Assembly (NCBI RefSeq): GCF_009914755.1
Contig: NC_060934.1
Reading direction: 5' to 3' (one strand)
DNA from: the human T2T-CHM13v2.0 reference genome, Homo sapiens
DNA length: 64,000 nucleotides
The translations under genes and the position numbers were made by a program. Below the pieces are notes generated by a model, which saw nothing but the letters and a program-made list of their open reading frames with translations, was not told the origin of the DNA and did not search any database. Within the stretch, counting starts at the first letter, position 1. The number at the start of each line of letters is the position of its first letter. Of this stretch, positions 1 through 13,578 are shown one piece after another.

Positions 1-520
1 TCTATTGCTCTTAGAGAGATTTCCTTAGCAGATGGGCATACAGTTATATTTTTAACTTCCCTTTTAATAATATTGAATGTAACTGACTTAAAATTATTCT
101 ATTTATATTCACACCTAATTCTTCCAGGGGTATATATTGCAACTTGACTTATATTGATTTCTAAATTTATTGCCTTGTTCAAATTGGCTGAAAAAAATGA
201 TTATTTTTCATAGAAGAAGATGATACTGAAAGGGGGCAGGTTTATAATTTGATATGGTAGCAGTAATAAATGAATGAATGAATGAATGTTCATACAAATT
301 TGACCAAATGAGAGAAAATGCTTTTTATAAGAGAAAATTTATGTAATTATTTTTCATCAGAGGCAGAAAAGATTTACACAAAGTGGTAAAACGAGAAACA
401 TATGGAAATGGTATCTAGATATATTAAAATATGAACCTATTTAAAATTAGTTGTTTTCTATTTACTGTTAATTGCTAGTAGGTGTTAGCCCAAGTACAGT
501 CCTTGACCACAACACATATA

Positions 521-824
521 TAATTGTCTGTTGGTAGTTCGGGATATTGGTTCCAGGATCTGCCTCAGAAAACAAAGTTCATGGATGCTCAAGTCCCTTG
601 CATAAAATATCACAGTAATTGCATAAAACCTACACATATCCTCTCGTACACTTTGTCTCTAAACTGCTTATAATACCTAATACAATGCAAATGCTATGTA
701 AATGGTTGTTATAGAGTATTATTTTTTGTTTGTGTTATTTTTATTCTATCTTTTAAAGAATACTTTTCATCTGGGGTTGAATGAATCTGTAGATCCAGAA
801 CTCATGGATATGGAAGGCTGACTG
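521..824 (+). mobile_element. MER2 (TcMar-Tigger non-autonomous DNA transposon)
   Basis: Matches recalled MER2 consensus (ttggttccagga...ggatgctcaagtccct...cttataatacctaatacaatg...ggaaggctgactg), with TA on each side. Confidence 0.85.
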
Positions 825-839
825 TATTTTCTTCAGGTA

Positions 840-920
840 TTAGGTTGGTGCTAAAGTGACTGAGGTTTTTGCCCTTACTTTTAATTGCAAAAACTGCCGT
901 TACTTTTGCACCAACCTTAA
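840..920. mobile_element. MADE1 (Hsmar1-derived mariner MITE)
   Basis: ~80-bp palindromic element ttaggttggtgc...gcaccaaccttaa with TA duplications at 838-839 and 921-922. Confidence 0.92.
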
Positions 921-994
921 TAAATAAGATACCAAGTTCATTACAAACAGGTCAGACCACCTGAAAATTGTCAATGAATGTTGAACAGGGCAGC

Positions 995-2144
<1,150 letters not shown>

Positions 2145-2529
2145 TAGTTAGAGTTTTAATAGTGAACAGATAGTACACTCAAATCAGGATAATTCAGGAA
2201 GAATCTATTCAGAAAGGGTGTGGATAGAGGAGAGCTGCAATACCCCTTGTGGTTTAACTTCACCTTGCTCACACCTTTGTATGTCAGTGTGTTAATTAAA
2301 TTATCCCCAAATTACCCCATTGGAGTTTACCTTTAGTTTCTCCCAGGCCATGATGGATGTTACTGAATCCCCAGCAAAAGCTTGACCCATTACAGGATAT
2401 CAGTAACTATTTGATGAATGAATGAATCCATCTGTAAAATGGTTTGCGATGAGAAGACATCGGTAATTTCCCACTAGTATTTGTACTCCAAGTGTTTTAT
2501 GTGTTTATTGTCAAAATTACTTCTAGTGT

Positions 2530-3600
2530 TCTCATTTGTCTACTCACCAAAATTTATTCAGCACAAGACACAAGGTGAGTCAGTGGAAAAGATAAGAGAA
2601 ATACATGATCCCTGCCCTCAAGTAGCTTATATTGCTTCAGGGCCCTGTTGTGAGCCCTGATCATTGTGTCGCTATGATAGCATTATGTGCAGAAGCCTAC
2701 TGAGTGTAGAAAAAGGTGATTGCATGCAGCCAGGGGATGCCATGGGGTATGATCAGGGAAGAACTCAAAGAAGAGGTGGCACTAATTGTGGATCTTGAAA
2801 AGTAAGTAGGGGTTATCTTGGCCAAAAGAATTCATGGCCAGAATGATATGAAATATGTGGGGAGCCAGGGAGGGAACTTTTTGTAAAGAAAATAGCATGT
2901 CCTAAAGGAGATGAGACCACAGGAGCTCTTCTGCAGGGTATAATAATTTGTGTTCTGGCTGCAGCGTTTGGCTGGACTTGTCACAAGTGTGTGAACCAGA
3001 GGAACTCCATCTTGAGTAGGGGCAGGGTAAAATGAGGCCGGACCTACTGGTCTGCATTCCCAGATGGTTAAGGCATTCTAAGTCACAGGATGAGATAGGA
3101 GGTCAGCACAAGATACAGGTCATAAAGACCTTGCTGATAAAATAGGTTGCAGTAAAGAAGCCGGCCAAAACCCAGCAAAACCAAGATAGCCACAACAGTA
3201 GCCTCCAGTCGTCCTCACTGCTACACTCCCACCAGCACCATGACAGTTTACAAATGCCATGGCAATGTCAGGAAGTTACCCTATATGGTCTAAAAAGGGG
3301 GATGCATGAATAATACACCACTTGTTTAGCATATCATCAAGAAATAACCATAAAAATGGGCAACTAGCAGCCCTCCAGGCTGCTCTGTCTATGGAGTAGC
3401 CATTCTTTTATTCCTTTACTTTCCTAATAAACTTGCTTTCACTTTACTCAGTGGACTCGCCCTGAACTCTTTCTTGTGAGATCCAAGAACCCTCTCTGGG
3501 GGTCTGGATCCAGACCCCTTTCCTGTAACAGAGTGACAAAGGATGAGGTGACAAATGTAGTCAGGGGCCTGATTATTAAAGGTCTTCTTTAAACATCTGC
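2530..3600 (-). mobile_element. L2 fragment, interrupted by MER41A
   Basis: Antisense L2 3' motifs (atccctgccctcaagtagcttata; gatcagggaag...gaggtggca...tcttgaaaagtaagtagg); L2-like sequence resumes at 3531. Confidence 0.55.
2979..3530 (+). mobile_element. MER41A solo LTR (ERV1)
   Basis: TG...CA termini, 552 bp, close match to recalled MER41A consensus (gaaccagaggaactccatcttga...cccctttcctgtaaca); 4-bp TSD gact/gagt. Confidence 0.9.
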
Positions 3601-3734
3601 ATGTTATCTGTATAATAGACTGCCAGGACAAAATAGGATTCGAGGAAGTAACAATCCAGATGAGAAATGAAGTCCTAAACTACAGGCCTTTTATAATGAG
3701 AATGAAGCCCCCTCCCCTAGGAAAAAAAAAAGAC

Positions 3735-4291
3735 AAGGAAGGAAGGAAGGAAGGAAGCAAGGGAAGAAGCAAGGGAGGAAGGAAGGAAGGAAGAGAGGGA
3801 GGGAGGGAGGGAGAGAGGGAGGGAGGGAGGGAGGGAGGGAGGGAGGAAGAGAGGGAGGGAGGGAGGAAGGAAGAGAGGGAGGGAGGGAGGGAGGGAGGAA
3901 GAGAGGGAGGGAGAGAGGGAGGGAGGAAGAGAGGGAGGGAGGGAGGGAGGAAGAGAGGGAGGGAGGGAGGGAGGAAGAGAGGGAGGGAGGGAGGGAGGAA
4001 GGAAGAGAGGGAGGGAGGGAGGGAGGAAGAGAGGGAGGGAGGGAGGGAGGAAGAGAGGGAGGGAGGGAGGGAGGAAGGAAGAGAGGGAGGGAGGGAGGAA
4101 GGAAGGAAGAGAGGGAGGGAGGGAGGGAGGGAGGAAGAGAGGGAGGGAGGGAGGAAGGAAGAGAGGGAGGGAGGGAGGGAGGGAGGGAGGAAGGAAGAGA
4201 GGGAGGGAGGGAGGGAGGAAGGAAGAGAGGGAGGGAGGGAGGGAGGAAGGAAGGAAGAGAGGGAGGGAGGGAGGAAGGAAGGAAGGAAAAA
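3735..4291. repeat. GA-rich polypurine tandem repeat of GGGA/GGAA/GAGA units (VNTR-like)
   Basis: Only A/G from 3771 to 4291; recurring ggaagaga(ggga)n units. Confidence 0.97.
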
Positions 4292-4377
4292 CGAATTCAA
4301 GAAGGTGATCAACATGATTCTTCACTGAATAGTTGAAGGAAATAGGGATTGTGTCTGAAACGTGGCTAAAATAAAAA

Positions 4378-4558
4378 CATTGAGCACTCACGGACGTAAA
4401 CATGAGAACAGCAGACACTGTGAGCTACTACAGTGGGGAAGGAAAGAGCAGCGTATGGGTAGAAAAACTATTGGGTATTGTGCTTGCTACCGGGATGCAC
4501 TGTAACTACGTAACAAACCTGCATATGAACCCCCTGTATCTAAAATAAAAGTGAAAAT
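4378..4558 (+). mobile_element. L1 3' end fragment (old L1PA/L1PB-like)
   Basis: gtaacaaacctgcatatgaaccccctgtatctaaaataaaagt L1 3' terminus. Confidence 0.75.
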
Positions 4559-4773
4559 ATATATATGTATATATTATATATAAATTTGGGCAAGATAACT
4601 ATAGAAGTGGGAAGACGTAAAAAAATAAAATGTCTCTGCATTCAAAAAATAATAATAATTCAATAGATCACGGCAAGCCCTGACTGGTTTCCCAGACCTT
4701 AACACTTTAAGTAAATACCTCACCTATGAAATAGACATCATACTCGTTAGTTAATATGATTTTCCAATTGGTG

Positions 4774-4852
4774 GATTATAGGCAGGTGTAGCATGTTAAG
4801 AATTTGTCAAGATGATTATAGGCAGGTATAGCTTGTTAAGAATTTGTCAAGA
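4774..4852. repeat. 40-bp tandem duplication (2 copies)
   Basis: gattataggcaggt(g/a)tagc(a/t)tgttaagaatttgtcaaga at 4774 and 4814. Confidence 0.95.
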
Positions 4853-5249
4853 ATGGCTGGTGCTATCTGATTGCTCTTACATCACACCAAGCACCATCCA
4901 CTTCTCCAAAGATTAGCCCTAGGGAAGGCCGTGGTTATGTTAAAATAATGAAGATGACATACAATTAAATTTATTTTATTTCTGAGAAAGCCCAGGCTTT
5001 ATTTTCACTTGGTAGTTTTAAAAAACAAATTTGCATAGAGCCAGTGAAATGAATGATTTATTTTCCATCATCACTGAGCAGCCTTCAGGTGGATGGGATG
5101 GGATGTGTAGCACACGTTTGACATGTAGGTTCTCATAATGAGAGCTCAGTGCCTACTGATCACTCATTTGTTGGATTATACATTCCCTCAGGTGTTCTTA
5201 TGTGAGATCTGTATTGCTGTATTTCTGTCACCAGTTTATTCTTAGATTG

Positions 5250-6175
5250 TGAAGCAGCATCATTGTCTGGGGTAAATACCCGGGGTTCATCCTCTTGCGC
5301 CAAGCAGATTAAGGAGATGGGCACACATGAGGAGCTTAGGACCAGAGAGTATTTTTTTTTTCTGTTTTAACAAATTTATGTTGCAAAAATACCCTTACAA
5401 CAATGCACACACACCAGCATTATTTGTAGAAGAGAAAACTGAAATCTGGCCCCCACCCCCTACCGCTGACTATTGCGTGATCCCTCTTCCTAGAGATGAG
5501 GGACTGAGCAGGTTCAGCCCCCAACACTGCAGGGCTGAAATGTGAACCTGGGTGGGGGCCTCAGGACCCACCTCTGGGCATGTAAACCCTGGACAGAGAT
5601 TCAGAAGACTGAGCAAGAGGAGGTAGGGAGCAGAGGTTTAATAGGCAAAAGAAGGAGAAAGGAGAAGAGCTCTCTTCCTAGTGAGGGAGAGGGGCTTCCA
5701 AAAGGAAAATCCCACTTGCGGTGACTGTAGCCGATTTTATAGGCAGGCTTGAGGAGGCGGTGTCTGATTTACGTAGGGCCCAGAGATTGGTTTGACCAGG
5801 TGTGACATTTACATATCACTCACGGGAAGGCTTGTCACCCTATCCTAGTCTTATTATGCAAACAGACTTTCTACTTCACCAGCACCATGTTGTCTGCTCC
5901 TTACTACTGTACACGTGGTTTGGCAAAGAGAAGGGAAAATGCAGCTGCCATTTTGATCATCCCTAGTCATAGGTAGCCTTTTTCTATAGACACAACTGCT
6001 GGCATTCACCCATGCAAGCTTCCAGCTTGCTTGTCTATGTCTGCAGCTCGATTTTACAGGCTGCTCTTTGTTAGAAAATTATTTTGGGGCTGCTTTTCAT
6101 TAAAAGGAAAACCTTACCGAGGACGTCCTTACTTTCACTGTCTGCCTAAATAATTTCCTTTTAACTCCTATATGA
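5250..6175 (-). mobile_element. LTR9/MER61-like ERV1 solo LTR, interrupted by an insertion
   Basis: Antisense match to recalled LTR9-family ends (ggagttaaaaggaaattatttaggcagacagtga...; ...tttaccccagacaatgatgctgcttca); flanks attg/cttg resemble a 4-bp TSD. Confidence 0.75.
5348..5616 (-). pseudogene. Probable 5'-truncated retrocopy (mRNA 3' end) of an unidentified gene
   Basis: Non-LTR GC-richer insert with a poly-T head (poly-A on minus), CATAAA ~15 nt upstream of the tail on minus, and degenerate 19-bp TSD (15/19) at 5329-5347 and 5617-5635. Confidence 0.6.
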
Positions 6176-7359
6176 CTTGAAGTGTGCAAAACATCAGTTT
6201 TTCATTTTCCGGAGTGCTGGTGGGAAATCTTGGCAGCATTTATAGTATTTCCTCTTAATCCCCTTAAAGTTCCAAGGCTGTAAAATACCTTTCCAATTCA
6301 CCGAATTTGATTGATCAATTCTACCATTCTAGGTATGTTTCTCAAATTATTTTCCCAGGTGTCATTCTGCTCCTCCAGAAGTTGAATAACTGTGTTACGA
6401 CACAGGAACACAGGGGCTCTGCTGTCGTTGGTGTTACTCTTGGTTAGAGATAGACAGCTAGATAATCCTCAGCTAATTCAGCATTTTGTGCTTTGGTTAC
6501 TATACGCATGTGAAGTCGAGATAAAAATATGAGGCTTAATTTAAGGATGTTTGTGAGTAATAATTACCCACTTCCTTGTGACATTTTTAAAGAATTATTG
6601 CTTTTTCAAGATATGGGTTGTTTACACTCATTTTGAAATGTTACTGCATGTACTTTATATGTAGTCAATTGTAAAGAAATTATGCATAACTATATGCATG
6701 TATTTACAACTTGTGAATGTATATTAATATTTTAATCCTTCAGAACTGATTAGATCCAGCAGTTAGCTAGAGTGTCACAGTCTTTTCTGAAGAAAAAGAC
6801 AATTATAACCACTATCCTTGCTTAAGTTTTAATGTTCAGCATTGAGTCATTGTACCTCTGGCTACCAGTCAGGATAAAGCAGGTGTGATTTTTCAGAGTT
6901 CTTACTGGAGTCTTCCACTTCTCCGTTCTGCTCTGCTACCTTCTTACATATACCTCCCTCAAATTTTGGCTGAAATTCTGTGATTTTCTAAGAAGAAAGA
7001 AAACATAAGTATAGTTGAGGCAGAAAATGCAAACATTCCTAAAGATTAATGTGCTGAATAAATGCATACCAGGTATACACATCCTATCAGACGTTTGCAA
7101 GAGAGGACTTTCTAATCATTTTGATTTATACTCAAAGGTGGAATGGAAGGAGAAGAGTTTAGAACTGAGTACACAAAATGGTGGCCTGCTAGGCTGCAGA
7201 TGAACTTTTCTTCGTCCTATATTTTATTTTTAAAGTACAAATTATTTGTGAAAGTCCTGTTCTTTTCCAGTGATATTTCAAAATTCATTTGCATTACTCG
7301 TTTGGCCTGTGTAGGTTCTTAGTATATAGTTTTGGAGTTTATGAGTACTGAGTGCCTAA

Positions 7360-8720
7360 AACTTCCGCTTTGGGCCGTGAGAAAATAAAAGAACCTGAAC
7401 TTACCATTAGACATTACACAACTAGAAAACCAGACAGAATATGTGAAACCGTGTGTTTCAGATATTGGAAAACACAGAGCACAGAACACCAATCCTCAGC
7501 AGAAAAATAATTAAGATGAGTACTGCAAGTGCTTCAGCTCACAGAAGGAAAATATTTTCCAGCATGCAGATCAAGGAAGGGAAACCCAGACAGTATCTGA
7601 TGGTCTTGCTGAGTTGAGGAGGCAGAATTCAGAGTTCTGAGGAGAAGCTGCAGGGCTAAGTACCAGAAAGAAGTTTCGTACACAAACAGAGAGTGAGCTT
7701 GAAATCTTTAAAGAGCTTCCTTGAGACTTTGGCATCATACTCAACTATGTGTGTGTAAGGAGACTGAGGGCAGGAAAAAAATGCTGGAGAAATAGATGAG
7801 GTGAGACAATCACTGGAGCACACATGGGGCTGTTAATATTTTGTGCTCCTGCCAGACAGAGGGAGAACATCTCTTAATACGTGGGGGATTGTGCAGTGTC
7901 CTCAGAAGGCCTTGGCAGTGGTGCCAAATTAGCCCCAAACTATAGGATGTACTGGACCTGTCTTAGAAAAGCTTAAAATTAATTCTGGAAAGTATCAAAC
8001 TAATTCTAAGTAATGCAACTTAATCACAGCAAGAAGCCCAAAAAATAATTTTAAAAAATCTAGCATCCAACAATGTAAAATTTATAATTTCTAGTATCCA
8101 ATCAAAAATTATCAGTCATGCAAAGACACAGGAAAATATAACCCATAACCAAGAGACAAAAAATTATTCAGTAGAAATGGAGCCAAAAATAAAAGAGATG
8201 ACAATTAGTAGGCAAGGATGTTAATGCAATTATAAGTGTATTCCTATGTTCAGGAAGTTTGAGGGAAGAAAAAATATAAGAAAAACGGAAGATATGAAAA
8301 AGATGCATATTTAACACCTAAAGATTAAAAATAAAATATCTGACATAAGAATAAAACCAGATTGGATTAATAGCAGCATAGAAACTGCAGAAGGAATTAA
8401 TCAACTTGAAGACATAATAATATGCACTGACCACAGTGAACTACAGAAAGAAAAGGAGACTAAAAAAAATGAACAGAAGGTCAGTGAGTGTTGAGGCAGC
8501 ATCAAGCAGTCCAAACACATGTATAATTGGAGTCTGAAAAGGATAGGAAAGAGAAAAAGGGATAGAAAAACATATTTAAGGAAATAATAATGAAATTTTT
8601 CAAGATTGTTGAAAATTATACATCCATAGGTACAAGAAGCTCCAAGAAAAAAAAAAATGAAGAAAACTGCTCTAGAACACATGATAATCAAATTTCTAAT
8701 AACCAGTGATAATATAATAT
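7360..8720 (+). mobile_element. Ancient L1 (L1M-type) 5' region and ORF1 remnants
   Basis: A-rich decayed L1 ORF1-like sequence (aaaaatgaacagaaggtcagtgag...gtataattggagtc; catccataggtacaagaagctc). Confidence 0.7.
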
Positions 8721-8750
8721 TTTATATTTGAAGGAGAAAGAATACTTCAG

Positions 8751-9375
8751 TGTCACTGTTCTATTGCTATGTAACTAATTACCATTAACTTAATAGCTTG
8801 AAGCAATTCCCACTTATTAACTCATAGTTCTGTATGTCAGAAGTCCAGTTGACTCAAATAGGATCCCTGCTACGGTCTCACAAGGATAAAATCAAGATGT
8901 TAGCCTGGGCTCTTGCCTGGAGGCTCCAGGGAAGAGTCCTCTTGCAGGCCCCTTCTGGTTGTTGGTAGGTAGGATTCAGTTCCTTGTGGTTGTAGAACTA
9001 ATAGCCCTATTTCCTTGCTGGCTAGTACATGGGGCCTGCTCTCTGCTCCTTGTAGCTCTCTGCATTCCTTTTCATACTTAAAATATTTCTGACTTCCTCT
9101 TTCATCATCAGCTTGACAAAACTCTGCTTTTAAAGGGCTCCCATGATCAGATTAGACTCACTCAGATAATTTTTCTTTTGATGAACTCAGTCAACTGGTT
9201 AGTAAACTTAAGTACATCTGCAAAATCCCTTTTGCCATGTAATGTAACATAATCATGAAATATCCCATCATATGCATATAGAAGCAATATGGTATCTCAT
9301 TATATTAATGTGCACAGTCCTATAGGCTGGGGCTGGAAAGCTTGGGGAACTACCTTAGAAGTAAGCATATTACAA
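8751..9375 (-). mobile_element. MLT1 (MLT1E-like) MaLR LTR
   Basis: ttctattgctatgtaactaattacc start; gattcagttccttgtggttgtag; ctgcaaaatccctttgccatgtaatgtaacata. Confidence 0.75.
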
Positions 9376-9379
9376 CTTC

Positions 9380-11478
9380 TCAACACATTTTATAAAGCCA
9401 GCATTACCTTGGTACTGAAACCAGATGAAGAAGTTGGTAGATCTATGTCTTCATCACGTAGATAAATAAAATACTAACATATTATTGGTCAAATATAGCA
9501 GTCTATAAAAACAATAATAAATCATGGCAAAGCAAGTGTTATCTCAGAAAATTAAGATTTGTTCAATATTTGAAAATTATATAATATCATTTACTATATT
9601 AAAAACAAAAAAATGTAATTATCTCATTATATCCAAAAAAGCATTTGGCAAAATTCAACATCCGTTCATCATTAATATTGCTCAAAACTATCAGTAAACT
9701 AAGAATAAAAAGAAACCATTTTCTGAGATAATAATGGGTTTTGGAGGAAAAACCAGCAGCTAACAAAGTTATTCTTAAAAGACTGTGTACTTTCCCCTTA
9801 AGAACAGAATAAAGCAAGGATGTCTGTGCTTATCAATTCCTTCAATCTTGGACTGGAAGTTCTAGCTTGTGTAATAAAACAAGATAAAGAAACAAAAGTC
9901 GTATTCAGTAAAAAGAAAGAAGTTAAACTCTTTATTTGCAGATGGCCTGAACATCCATATAGGTAATTCTAAGGAATTGACAAAATCTGTACTGAAAATA
10001 ATGATTGAATTTAGCAAGGAAATAGGATATGGAATCAGTATTCAACAAAGCAATTGCATTTATATATATTGGCAAAAAGCAATAAGAAATTGAAATTTAA
10101 AATTCAGTATAATAGCTGGTATAAAATTGCAGGGATAAACTGAACAAAGTATAGGCAAGCCCGGTACATGGACTACTAGGAAACATTGCCAGAAAAATCT
10201 GTAAATGAACAGAGAGAAATGCCATGCTCATGGATTGTAAGCAATCATGGATATTGGTTGTTCAGATGTTAGTTCTGCCGAGATTAATCTATAGATTCAG
10301 TGCTATCAAAATTAGTATCCCAGTAGATTTTTGCTAGAGAAAGAAAGGTATAGAATAAAATTGATACAAAACTGCTTTTCTGTAGAAAAATATTTGTAGA
10401 ATTATATTATACGGAAATGCAAAGAACCAATAAAAGTCAAAACAGCTTTGAAAATAGAGCAAAGTTGAAGATTATTAACTACCTGATTTTGAGATTTTTT
10501 AAAGCTGAAGTAGTCAAATAGTGTAGTAATGACATAGGGATAGACAAATAGCCCAATGGAAGGGAATATAAACTCCAAAAATAGTCAGTCGTGTATGTCT
10601 AATTGACTTTCTTTTAAGCTGGAGAAATAATTTTTTTAAAATAAATTGTTCTGGAGCAATTAACCATCCACTTACAACTCAACAGGAAGACAAAAAACCT
10701 AATTAAAATGGGCAAAATATTTGAAGAGAAATTTCACCGATGAATGTATACAAATGGCAAACAAATACATAAAAAATGCTCAGCTTCACTAGTTATTAAT
10801 GAAGTGCAATTTAAAACCACATGTGATATCCCACTATACACACACTAGAATGGCTGAAAGTTGAAGGACTGGCAATAGCAAGTCTTTGCAAGGATGGAGA
10901 GCCACTAATTAGAACACTTATACATTGTTGAAAGAATGCAAAGTGATACAGCCACGTTGGAAATGTTTACCAGTTTCCTACACAATTAAACCAGTATCAC
11001 ATGCCACAACAATTTCATTTTAGGTATTTTATCCAAAATAAATGAAAATCTGTTTCTATACAAAGACATGTGTACAACTGCTCATAACGGCTTTACTCAA
11101 AATATCTGACACTGGAAAGCACTGCATGTCTATCATTTAGTGAATAAATAAACAAGTTTTGATATGTTTACATAGTGAAAACCTAGTGAGAAATACAAAG
11201 CTATTACTAATACATATAACAATGTAGATGAATTTCCAAAGTGTAGGTTAACTGAAAGAGGCTAGGCACAAAATTGCAATTAGTGTTTGCAAGGGCCAAG
11301 GGTTGTGGGAGAGAGATAACACCAAAGTGGGTAAGGGATTCTTGCAGGATGATAAACATTTTCTATATCAGTGTTGTGTGGAAGTTCATAGTCATATGTG
11401 CTTACTCAGTCTCACCAAATTGTACAATTGTTGAATTTTATAGTAAATAAAATATACCTTGCTTATGCTAACAAAAAA
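9380..11478 (+). mobile_element. Ancient L1 (L1MC/MD/ME-like) ORF2 remnants and 3' UTR
   Basis: Decayed RT-region motifs (aaagcatttggcaaaattcaacatcc; tttatttgcagatg) and an L1M-type 3' end with A-rich tail. Confidence 0.8.
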
Positions 11479-12154
11479 ATAAAGCACAAGTTGAGATGGT
11501 TAGGTGACCAAAGATGTGCAGAATGACGGAAGGGTGGAGTCAAAAAAGCACAGTAAAGTAGGACAGAGAGGAAGAGGCCACTGTCTTAAACCAGGCACAT
11601 TGCATAAGCTAAAATAGGCGTCAGGGAGCGGCATAGGGAGGGTGGCATGAGTATGGTCTTCCAGATGACAGATAACTGCAGATAGTGCCAGAAAATGATA
11701 ACTGTAGAAATGGTAGAACCAAAGTGATAGTTTGTATCAGGGTATCCTGTGCCCCGAGAGGATAAAGTCTATGAAGACAGTCCCATCCCTTTGCCTATTA
11801 CAGTGCCTGGTGCATAGAAGGCATATAATATGTATTTTTGGAAAGAAACAATGAGTAATCCAGGTGGATTGACAGCAAGATGTCAACACAAATGGAGAAT
11901 CCATGCCAGGAAGTGATTGATAGGTCCAGGAAGGCAGGCAGCTCAGTCTCATCTGAAAGTCCACCACTAGGTCAGGACAGGTGCTTCCTTGGGGGCAATC
12001 ATAAGGGGAGAGGTAGGAAAGGAGCTGAAGCAATATTTAGTTGGGCACTGTGCTAGGTAATTTTTTATTCATTTCCTTATTAGATCTTCACATCAACTGC
12101 GTGATAGAAACATTCTTTTACCTCCATCTTATAGTTGAGGAAACTAAGAGTTTA

Positions 12155-13578
<1,424 letters not shown>

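Noticed and set aside
3737-3757. GGAA microsatellite as an EWS-FLI1-type enhancer
   Set aside because: Only ~5 consecutive GGAA; the rest is mostly GGGA
3660-4418. Three long ORFs (211-233 aa) rich in G/R/E or L/P/S
   Set aside because: Artefact of the purine repeat, which cannot contain stop codons
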